24,679 bases of DNA from a virus (lineage: Duplodnaviria > Caudoviricetes), in the IMG/VR virus record IMGVR_UViG_3300031951_001150, positions 1-24,679 of that record; one strand, written 5' to 3'. A program made the position numbers and the translations under genes. Positions 8,064-14,848 of the stretch are shown here, piece after piece (position 1 is the stretch's first letter; every line of letters starts with the position of its first letter). The notes under the pieces are model-generated. The model searched no databases. It had not been told where the DNA came from and saw only the letters and a list, made by a program, of their open reading frames with translations.

Positions 8064-8289
8064 TGTTAAGTTTTTGTTTAAAGTGTGATACAAATTTTTC
8101 AGCATAGTAGTGGGTAGTTACCTCAGATAGGTAGGAATAGAGCTCATCATATCCGTGACAGAAACGCCACACTACAACGGACTTATCTTGGTAGTCAAGA
8201 CATTGAACTTCAAACACACCACGAGGGCGTGTTGATACACGGATTATACCACCTACGGCAGATTCACCAATCTTGATCGACTTAACCAC
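8056..8289 (-). CDS. Hypothetical protein, 77 aa
   Basis: ORF track; 8-nt overlaps with neighbours. Confidence 0.7.
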   Translation of the reverse strand: MVKSIKIGESAVGGIIRVSTRPRGVFEVQCLDYQDKSVVVWRFCHGYDELYSYLSEVTTHYYAEKFVSHFKQKLNND

Positions 8290-8554
8290 GAGTTACCTCC
8301 ATTCCATTAATCTTAACGATGGTCTGACTATTAATCAGACGATATTCTTTTTTGCCCATATCCCATATGGTGAGGTAGCCCATCTCCGCAGGCTTGTATG
8401 CTTGTGGCTTGGCGTTAGGCTTGAGATGTTTTTTCACGCCCGATCGTCCGTAAATGTAGCGTACTGAACCGTCCTTCTTGATGAATTCAGCGGAGAAGAA
8501 TTTTTTACTTTTGATGATGGCGATTGCTTCTTTAGTTACTAATTTATTTTTCAT
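8282..8554 (-). CDS. Phage SH3-fold/WYL-like small protein
   Basis: FFSAEFIKKDGSVR...GVKKHLK...IWDM.KK.YR.IN motif; start moved to MKNKL at 8554. Confidence 0.75.
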   Translation of the reverse strand: MKNKLVTKEAIAIIKSKKFFSAEFIKKDGSVRYIYGRSGVKKHLKPNAKPQAYKPAEMGYLTIWDMGKKEYRLINSQTIVKINGMEVTRG

Positions 8555-8565
8555 ATTTCTTTCTA

Positions 8566-8784
8566 TTAATATTTGTATTGTTTTGTTGTAGTATATTGAT
8601 TGTACCAATCTTTCGTCATTATGGTGGCTTCTTCTTTGCTTACCCATAGTTGGTCAATATCACTAATGAGTAAATCTAATAAATCTTGGTTGTCGCTTCC
8701 GATAACCCACTTGAGTTGTCCCTCGACAAATCTACCAGCATAAAAGCAGTAGAACGGAGTACCTTTAATAGCATAGTTTTTCAT
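8566..8784 (-). CDS. Hypothetical protein, 72 aa
   Basis: ORF track; packed in the operon. Confidence 0.7.
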   Translation of the reverse strand: MKNYAIKGTPFYCFYAGRFVEGQLKWVIGSDNQDLLDLLISDIDQLWVSKEEATIMTKDWYNQYTTTKQYKY

Positions 8785-8787
8785 ATC

Positions 8788-9021
8788 TTATTTAGTGAGG
8801 TCTTTAAGTTCTTTTTTGATTTGACGGGCTACCGGTCCACGCCAAGTGCTGGCGTTACTAAGGAAGTAGGTGATGATTTCTTTAGCGGAATCGTTACGAT
8901 AATAATCGTCCAATGTTTTGAGTCTCGCCATTACTGATAGGTATGGTACTGCACCATAAAAAGGATTTTTCCAATCAGCGTAGATGTCTTCGGCAATTTT
9001 GTAGATAGGTCTTGATGTCAT
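8788..9021 (-). CDS. Conserved phage hypothetical protein
   Basis: RP.Y.IA..I..DW....YGAVPYL..M...YFLSNA..WRG..AR..K.EL, a pattern I recall from phage early regions; function unknown. Confidence 0.8.
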   Translation of the reverse strand: MTSRPIYKIAEDIYADWKNPFYGAVPYLSVMARLKTLDDYYRNDSAKEIITYFLSNASTWRGPVARQIKKELKDLTK

Positions 9022-9033
9022 ATTGTTTATAGT

Positions 9034-9747
9034 TTAGTGTTCTAAGATGATTACTGATTTTGTGCCCTTGCCTTGTGTACCACTACACAAGCCACATTTT
9101 GAGCAGTTAGACTTGAAGCCCATTTCTTCGGACGCAGGGCAAGAAATAAATTGAGCAATTGGCGTAGGTGATGCTACGAAAGACCGATACCCGATGAGAG
9201 AGGCAGTCGCTTCTTCTTCCGTAGTGTGAGTAGATGCCATAAAATAGTGGGCGTAGTTGTGATCGATCTTACGCCATTGGTGTGTGTAACCCGTCCACGA
9301 TTTGGCAACAGATACCATTTGCTTGACTAAGTCAATAGGCAAAAGGGACGGTTCGCCATATGTACCAAAGCGGACATATCGTGTATCGCACATCTTGACG
9401 ATGTCATAGCGATGGGTCTCAGACAATGTAGGGATATCATCAAAGGAGGTAAACTTACCAATAGAGCGTAGCATAGAGAGAAACCCACTATACTGCATCA
9501 TCTTGTGAGTATAGCAAGCGGACAACTTGGCACCATTGGATACTGCAAAGGGGCAGTCCATACATACTGCACCATCGTGGGAAAAGAAATCACGCATAGA
9601 TGTGAGACCTTGTGCTTCGTCAAACTGTCCACGGCTGAAGTGGTAGGTTTGTACGATGGTCTCTTTTGCCGTAGCGATTTTCTTGTTAGATGTTTTACTT
9701 GATGAGATGATGTGCAATACATCGTTGTTTCTAAAAATGATTTTCAT
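9034..9747 (-). CDS. Cys-rich Gp88/radical-SAM-like putative Fe-S protein
   Basis: CxxCP...CY cluster, RFGTYGEP, WTGYTHQW and C-terminal CPA...CxxCGLC. Confidence 0.65.
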   Translation of the reverse strand: MKIIFRNNDVLHIISSSKTSNKKIATAKETIVQTYHFSRGQFDEAQGLTSMRDFFSHDGAVCMDCPFAVSNGAKLSACYTHKMMQYSGFLSMLRSIGKFTSFDDIPTLSETHRYDIVKMCDTRYVRFGTYGEPSLLPIDLVKQMVSVAKSWTGYTHQWRKIDHNYAHYFMASTHTTEEEATASLIGYRSFVASPTPIAQFISCPASEEMGFKSNCSKCGLCSGTQGKGTKSVIILEH

Positions 9748-9748
9748 A

Positions 9749-10033
9749 TTACCAACTATTTAAATTTCTTGTTCTGTTTTCGTTTTGAGCAAATGCTTCT
9801 CTGCATTTTGTTTTGATATCTTCGGACTTAAATGCACCCCAAGGATTGATACCCTTGTATGTGCCATATCGGTCACCATAGGTAGAGATTGCCACCAGGG
9901 ATGACAACTCTTCTACCTCTTGTGGATTGTTACCATCGATGATTCTGAAGATGTCGATGGTTGACATTTGTCCATACTGATCGCAACTACAAGTGCGATA
10001 GTGATTGATTAATTTTTCTTTAATGTTATTCAT
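9749..10033 (-). CDS. Hypothetical protein, 94 aa
   Basis: ORF track. Confidence 0.7.
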   Translation of the reverse strand: MNNIKEKLINHYRTCSCDQYGQMSTIDIFRIIDGNNPQEVEELSSLVAISTYGDRYGTYKGINPWGAFKSEDIKTKCREAFAQNENRTRNLNSW

Positions 10034-10163
10034 AATTGTGATGTCTTTTTAAGTGGTCTATGTACATTACTGCTACTTCGTAGTTCTTGAAACTGCATAT
10101 TTTTTGGGTCTCGGACATTACCCAATAGAGGTTGTCAATTAGATGGATTGTTAGATTACTCAT
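10026..10163 (-). CDS. Hypothetical protein, 45 aa (MSNLTIHLIDNLYW...)
   Basis: Translated by hand; ATGA coupling upstream and 8-nt overlap downstream. Confidence 0.65.
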   Translation of the reverse strand: MSNLTIHLIDNLYWVMSETQKICSFKNYEVAVMYIDHLKRHHNYE

Positions 10164-10420
10164 AGTGTGTAGATTATTTTTTCTTCAGCGGTTTCGGTGT
10201 AGTTTGAAAGGTATAGCATAGCACCCCCATTGTTGCCTTCGTCATCGGCTTGGGGAAACATAAGAGAGCCATCAGTAAATTCAATTACTAAGGGTCGTGA
10301 GTACCACCCAAAGTATTCGCATTCTTCTGTGGTTAGAAATCGTACTCGTTTAATAGTTTTACCTACTAAGAATTCAAATCGTTTATTGTGTTGAAAATCG
10401 GGATTTATTTTGGGGTTCAT
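10160..10420 (-). CDS. Conserved phage hypothetical protein
   Basis: LVGKTI..VR.L...GW...P..I.F.DG.....DDEGN.GGA motif. Confidence 0.8.
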   Translation of the reverse strand: MNPKINPDFQHNKRFEFLVGKTIKRVRFLTTEECEYFGWYSRPLVIEFTDGSLMFPQADDEGNNGGAMLYLSNYTETAEEKIIYTL

Positions 10421-10698
10421 ATATGTTCGTTTATATAGGTTTGACTAAGGCTGATGATAGCAAACAGGTCTCTACTTCGGTAGTAAGTATTGTGGAGCAA
10501 GAGCTCATACTGACCCTTTGAGTCACGAAGAGCATAGATAATTGACCCATCAAAGTCTAAGATAATGACGGCATCATATAGGTGAATATGGTCTGAGTGC
10601 TCAAGGTAGTATGTCTCCAAGGCTTGGTAATGTACTGACAAAGGATTGTCGAACAAATCCAATGGGCGAACGGTCGTAATCTCTAATTTGTAGTTCAT
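10417..10698 (-). CDS. Hypothetical protein, 93 aa
   Basis: ORF track; ATGA coupling. Confidence 0.7.
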   Translation of the reverse strand: MNYKLEITTVRPLDLFDNPLSVHYQALETYYLEHSDHIHLYDAVIILDFDGSIIYALRDSKGQYELLLHNTYYRSRDLFAIISLSQTYINEHI

Positions 10699-10703
10699 AG
10701 GGC

Positions 10704-10934
10704 TTATATTCTTGTGTGGTTATATTCGTAAACTGCTGACTCAAAAGTGGCTAAGTCCATCCATTCACCAAACTCACCCACTACCTCCCGGAACGCTTGA
10801 GGGTAGTGGCGATAACTTTGGCGAATGTGGGAGGCTCCGATGTGCTTGATGTACTCGAAGACATCATCCATAACAAGGAATGGATCTTCACAATGGAAGT
10901 CACAATTTTCAATTTTAAAATCAAAGTAGTTCAT
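10704..10934 (-). CDS. Hypothetical protein, 76 aa
   Basis: ORF track. Confidence 0.7.
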   Translation of the reverse strand: MNYFDFKIENCDFHCEDPFLVMDDVFEYIKHIGASHIRQSYRHYPQAFREVVGEFGEWMDLATFESAVYEYNHTRI

Positions 10935-10938
10935 CGTT

Positions 10939-11271
10939 TTATAGGTTGGTTAAGATTGTTTGAGCAAAGACGCATTGTACTGCATCGTGTAGTGAATTGA
11001 ATACTTCGTTGAGGGTCTCTACATTGTGGTACTCCCTATCAAGGATGACTTGATATGTTCTGTACTCTTCTTTGAATCCGTTGTCCTCGAAGGAATTCGG
11101 TAGAAAGATTAGGTAGGACACGCCATCGATGGTGATATCGATGGACGCACAACGGTCGTTGTGGTAAGTTGAGTCAGAGACCGAATAGTTCTCAGTCTCT
11201 TTGTCACACATTTCTTTGACTTTCTCGATGTGAGCGTCTATGTAGGGCTTGGAAAAGAATAGTTTATTCAT
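10939..11271 (-). CDS. Hypothetical protein, 110 aa
   Basis: ORF track; TAATG coupling. Confidence 0.75.
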   Translation of the reverse strand: MNKLFFSKPYIDAHIEKVKEMCDKETENYSVSDSTYHNDRCASIDITIDGVSYLIFLPNSFEDNGFKEEYRTYQVILDREYHNVETLNEVFNSLHDAVQCVFAQTILTNL

Positions 11272-11495
11272 TAGTCAAGGGGTGAGGTTAGGATGTCAAT
11301 AAACCAAATGATAAGCACGACAAACAAAAGGAAGGACAGACAAATCATTACATCCGACCTCATTATTGGTAGTAGGTTTGACTGCGTGATGATAGCAAAC
11401 AGGGCTGAGAAAATGGCATTTAAGAAAAGCGTGGTAAGGGCTGACATAAAGACAAGACCGACCAGTCGAGCGGATTTTTGGGCTATGGTTTTCAT
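11271..11495 (-). CDS. Two-TM membrane protein, 74 aa
   Basis: Two long hydrophobic segments. Confidence 0.75.
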   Translation of the reverse strand: MKTIAQKSARLVGLVFMSALTTLFLNAIFSALFAIITQSNLLPIMRSDVMICLSFLLFVVLIIWFIDILTSPLD

Positions 11496-11510
11496 ATGTA
11501 GTTAGATTTT

Positions 11511-11556
11511 TGGAAGGCGAGAGGGGAGTCGAACCCCTCTGATTCCTTTTCGCCTT
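11511..11556 (-). ncRNA. tRNA-like minihelix (acceptor stem, T-arm and CCA; no D or anticodon arm)
   Basis: Minus strand reads AAGGCGA-AAAGGAATCA-GAGGGG-TTCGACT-CCCCTC-TCGCCTT-CCA. Confidence 0.65.
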
Positions 11557-11570
11557 GGGTCTCAGATCGA

Positions 11571-11972
11571 TTATTCACCTATGGCTTCTTCCAATAGACG
11601 AGCCTGCACATCCTTGATGATTTCATCGGTGGACATATTACTGCAACGGAGGGCGAACGCTATGATTCGTTCGAGTCGTTGCTCAAACATAGCACGACCT
11701 TTAGGGGTGTTAATTAACTTAAGTTTCGCCTCGGCTTGGATGCTCATCTTTGTATCCCACAGAGTAATCCCATTGGATTCCATACGGATATTGAAAGGCT
11801 CAGTCGCTTTGAAGCACTTAGAACCCACGGCTCGCAGGGTATCATAGTAATCAAAGAAACGATAGACTAAGGCTTTCTGTACCTTAGCGTTGGACTTTTG
11901 GCTTGAAGTTTCAAGATCAAAATTGATGAACGAGCCATTGTTGGCGATGCGGATTGATGTGTTTTTAGTCAT
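11571..11972 (-). CDS. Hypothetical protein, 133 aa; first gene of the leftward operon
   Basis: ORF track; AT-rich leader. Confidence 0.8.
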   Translation of the reverse strand: MTKNTSIRIANNGSFINFDLETSSQKSNAKVQKALVYRFFDYYDTLRAVGSKCFKATEPFNIRMESNGITLWDTKMSIQAEAKLKLINTPKGRAMFEQRLERIIAFALRCSNMSTDEIIKDVQARLLEEAIGE

Positions 11973-11990
11973 ATGTATATATATAAGGGT

Positions 11991-12440
11991 TGGCTATCTA
12001 TGGTCTGACTCGACAGACTGCACCCCATAGGTCAAAGGCTACGGATGGCATAGACAGTTTTGTCGCACCTTATTTTTTAGGTTTCTCACCCTTGTGGGGT
12101 GGTTGAACCAACATAGTGTGATTGGACGGCTTTAGGCTCGCCACTTACACGCCTTCGGATTTCTCCCCAAAGACTTACACACGCCTCGCCTATCTTTAGG
12201 ATAGATTTTTTGACTTGGTCACGAGAGGCTCGCCCACCCTACTATGGTAAGGATGTCACCAAATTGTTCTTCGCCAATCTCAGCGTAAGGGATTCGCACC
12301 CTATAATTTCACGCTGTGTATCTCGCAAGGCAAGGCTTCAAGCGTAAAATGGATTTTACTTTGTTCGATATGTGTGGTTGTTAACTTTCTTTTTCGTGTG
12401 TTTGTGTGGTTGTTAGGTGGATGTTGTTTCGTTGTTGAAC
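11991..12440 (-). ncRNA. Candidate structured 5' leader or ncRNA
   Basis: No ORF between the promoter (12445-12476) and the first ATG (11972); many hand-pairable stems including two T-arm-like modules. Confidence 0.55.
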
Positions 12441-12444
12441 GATG

Positions 12445-12476
12445 CAAAGATGGGGGTAAAATTTGACATATGCAAA
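12445..12476 (-). promoter_or_regulatory. Bacteroidota-type promoter driving the early operon
   Basis: TTTG-N20-CATCTTTG-CA on the minus strand. Confidence 0.75.
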
Positions 12477-12548
12477 TCGCTGAAAATCAATAAGTTAGGT
12501 GTTTTTTGAGAAATGTAAATTGTTGAAAATCAATAAGTTAGTCGAGTT

Positions 12549-12861
12549 ATTTAGAATCATTCTAAGAAAAAAAAATAATTTGTTCGTTGTAACAAATGTG
12601 GCAAAAATTCAATTTGTAAGTGGTTGAAATTCAATAAGTTAAATTGTTTATTTAGAATCATTATAAATTTGTTTCGGAGCGTTTTGAAATCGGCAAAAAG
12701 GAGCGAAATCCCGAAAAAATAAATTTGCATCGTATTGGAAAAAACCGTTGATGCGTGTGTGTGCGTGTGTATGCGAGCGTGTATGCGAGCGTGTGGTGTG
12801 CGTGATAAGGGTTTTCGAGCAGAAAAAAAAATTCTTTGAGTAATTTAGAATCGTTCTAAAT
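12549..12861. promoter_or_regulatory. Three 19-bp ATTTAGAAT-N-ATTCTAAAT palindromes (Fur-box-like)
   Basis: Copies at 12549-12567, 12650-12668 and 12843-12861. Confidence 0.6.
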
Positions 12862-12987
12862 AACAAATGAAATTTTGAAATGCGAGGGAAAAAGCTTATG
12901 CGTGTGCGTGTGTGCGTATGCGTTGGCGTGCGTGCGTGCCCCGGGCGTGCGTATGCGTGTACCCGTTCGGGCGAGCGTGTACACACG
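12751..12987. repeat. Two alternating purine-pyrimidine (GT/GC) tracts
   Basis: 12751-12804 and 12898-12987, built from TGCGTGTG, TATGCG and GCGAGCGTGT units. Confidence 0.85.
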
Positions 12988-13217
12988 AGGGATTTGATTT
13001 CTTTTGTAACTTGTTGACAATCAACGAGTTAGGGTTAAAGATCCGTTTAACTGATTGAATTTCAGCAATTTAGGGGGGGGATATTTTTTTTATGCATCGT
13101 GAGACTTAAAAATGCGTTATTACCTTCACCACTCGTACAAACTCTATTTCTGCACAATAAACCGCCTGGCTTTATTAAGCAAAATCAACTTTAGCAGGGG
13201 GGGTCTTTTTGAAACCC

Positions 13218-13660
13218 TGGTATACCATATGTCGGGGTTATCATACATTAGTATATTTTTTCGCATATAATGTCGGGAATATCCTACATATTATACCCGA
13301 ACGCATATAACTTGTCTTATAGGGAACAATTCTATACCCTTTTGGGTGCTTTAAGGGACATTATTGCACAATAATTGCACATTATAATGGTTAAATGCAC
13401 CGATTTCGGGGTATTTTAACCAATATATTGTGAAAAAATCACAAAAAAGGGGAATAAGGATTTTCAAACAAATGCCACTATTTCTATTTACTGGCAAATG
13501 TGAGTAATCTACGCAAATGCGTATAGTTATGGTGGAAAAAACTAACAAGTTGAATGAGTTTTATGGAAAAATTCAGGCAGTATAATACCGCTCAGTATAA
13601 TACCGCTCGGTATAAAATCAATCTATAAATCCTTAAACTAGAATTATACTCCCTATCGGT
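13218..13660. repeat. Mosaic array of short imperfect palindromes and tandem repeats
   Basis: Examples: TGGTATACCA; ATGTCGGG...TACAT twice; TACGCAAATGCGTA; (CAGTATAATACCGCT) x2.5 at 13578-13615. Confidence 0.7.
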
Positions 13661-13711
13661 AAAAAGAAAAAGCCCCACGAGCAGATCTTACGGTATGCAG
13701 GTGGGGACTTT
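13661..13711 (-). terminator. Intrinsic terminator of the leftward GroES-containing operon
   Basis: Minus strand AAAGTCCCCAC...GTGGGGCTTTTTCTTTTT, 45 nt after the GroES stop, preceded by a second hairpin at 13717-13735. Confidence 0.7.
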
Positions 13712-13755
13712 CGGTCTAAGGATACTATCCCTAGGGGGGTTCTTTTACAAAGATA

Positions 13756-14043
13756 CTATTTCCAGACTACGGAGATATCGGCAGCACGGACAATTATCTT
13801 ATCCTCTCCCTCTATATCTATGTGTTCTGAGTTCCTGAGGAACATAAGGTTGACTGAGACCCGATCCCCAACCTCGATGCCTTCTACTTCTTCACCTATG
13901 GCGAATACTTCTAGCTGGTTCCACTTCTTCATCTGCTCTTCTAGAATTTCCTTTTCCAAGGCAGCGTTTACCTCGATAGCACTTTTCTTAATTTCGGGTG
14001 GAGTAAGCAATACTCTCTGGCCCCTGACGATATATTTTGTCAT
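13756..14043 (-). CDS. groES: GroES/Cpn10-like co-chaperonin
   Basis: G.RVLL......S.I, V.AIGEEV..IEVGDRV and II V...DI..V patterns; 95 aa. Confidence 0.8.
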   Translation of the reverse strand: MTKYIVRGQRVLLTPPEIKKSAIEVNAALEKEILEEQMKKWNQLEVFAIGEEVEGIEVGDRVSVNLMFLRNSEHIDIEGEDKIIVRAADISVVWK

Positions 14044-14049
14044 AATTCT

Positions 14050-14274
14050 TTATTCAAAATTTACTCCATACTTGTTCATAATGCTAAGTAACTCCTCTCT
14101 TGCTTGATAAAGAGCCTCAACTACCTCATTAGGTGTTTCATCAGAGGCATACTTAGTCTTACTACGCAGGTGCTGATCAATGTCCCAAGCCACGCAGTAC
14201 CACTTATTTGCGTTAACTACGAGTTCGAACTCAGCCCTTTCCTCATTTAAATCGAATTCTAATATTGCTTTCAT
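14050..14274 (-). CDS. Conserved phage hypothetical protein (MKAILEFDL)
   Basis: ORF track; N-terminal pattern familiar from phage proteins. Confidence 0.8.
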   Translation of the reverse strand: MKAILEFDLNEERAEFELVVNANKWYCVAWDIDQHLRSKTKYASDETPNEVVEALYQAREELLSIMNKYGVNFE

Positions 14275-14278
14275 TTTG

Positions 14279-14351
14279 AGCCACCTGTCGGATTCGAACC
14301 AACGACCATCTGATTACAAATCAGAAGCTCTACCAACTGAGCTAAAGTGGC
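14279..14351 (-). tRNA. trnT: tRNA-Thr (anticodon UGU); CCA not encoded
   Basis: Full cloverleaf: GCCACTT/AGGTGGC acceptor, GCTCAGTTGGTAGAGC D-arm, TCTGA-TTTGTAA-TCAGA anticodon arm, GTTGG-TTCGAAT-CCGAC T-arm. Confidence 0.95.
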
Positions 14352-14358
14352 GTAGGCA

Positions 14359-14577
14359 TTAAGCCTTTTCCCAAGTACCCTCTGTTTCGATTACGCTTTC
14401 GCCTACGAAAACATAAACCTTGGTGATACCTTCTTCAGTTTCTTTGTTGAAGATGATACCTTGTTTTTCAGAGTACTCGCTTGTGGGACGAGCAGTTGGA
14501 ATTGTAGCACACAATTCAGCCATGTTCTCCAAGGTTACTTCAATAGCACCTGTGGTTTCTTTTTTGGTTTTAGCCAT
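14359..14577 (-). CDS. Hypothetical protein, 72 aa
   Basis: ORF track. Confidence 0.75.
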   Translation of the reverse strand: MAKTKKETTGAIEVTLENMAELCATIPTARPTSEYSEKQGIIFNKETEEGITKVYVFVGESVIETEGTWEKA

Positions 14578-14581
14578 ATTC

Positions 14582-14848
14582 TTAATTGTTATTTGGTTGT
14601 TCTACTTGTTTGTGTTTCATTACTTCCATTATGGCGTATACGTCAGTCATAGAAATATTGGTTGTTCTGAGGCCGTCCCCTGTCTCCACATAATTGATAG
14701 CATCTTCTACCGTATTTGCATCCACAGGATAGTTTTCCATTTGACCTTTTTTGTTTATCTCAAGGAGTTCCTCCATCGGTTTCTTAGAAGCCCAAACAAA
14801 AGTCTTCATATACCGGAGATAACGCTTTTTGTCAATTGTCTGTTTCAT
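14582..14848 (-). CDS. Hypothetical protein, 88 aa
   Basis: ORF track; directly downstream of a promoter. Confidence 0.75.
   Translation of the reverse strand: MKQTIDKKRYLRYMKTFVWASKKPMEELLEINKKGQMENYPVDANTVEDAINYVETGDGLRTTNISMTDVYAIMEVMKHKQVEQPNNN

Larger units (their letters stand above)
12474..13073. repeat. Five copies of a TAAnnnnTTGA-N3-TCAAnnnnTTA dyad (IHF-consensus-like)
   Basis: Copies at ~12474-12498, 12515-12541, 12616-12641, 13006-13032 and 13047-13073. AATCAATAAGTTA fits WATCAANNNNTTR. Confidence 0.75.

Noticed and set aside
11540-11575. Hammerhead ribozyme (CTGAGA...CGAAA on the minus strand)
   Set aside because: The core does not match CUGANGA and stems I and III cannot be built; the tRNA-like fold explains the sequence better.
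12648-12986. 112-aa ORF (MCTRSPERVHAY...)
   Set aside because: It is a translation of the RY tracts (HTHTRTR) and lies upstream of the promoter, so it is most likely spurious.
13428-13444. CRP or Rex box
   Set aside because: The spacer is TGTGA-N5-TCACA, one base short of the N6 consensus. Kept only as one unit of the palindrome mosaic.
13351-13548. 65-aa ORF in the palindrome array
   Set aside because: It lies beyond the terminator, has a TTG start, no leader and no protein-like features.
12480-13660. CRISPR or mini-CRISPR array
   Set aside because: There is no constant repeat with regular unique spacers; the repeats are degenerate and irregularly spaced.
14279-14351. tRNA-Thr as an attachment site or prophage boundary
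   Set aside because: Phage genes continue on both sides, the 3' end is not duplicated and there is no tyrosine integrase in the window.
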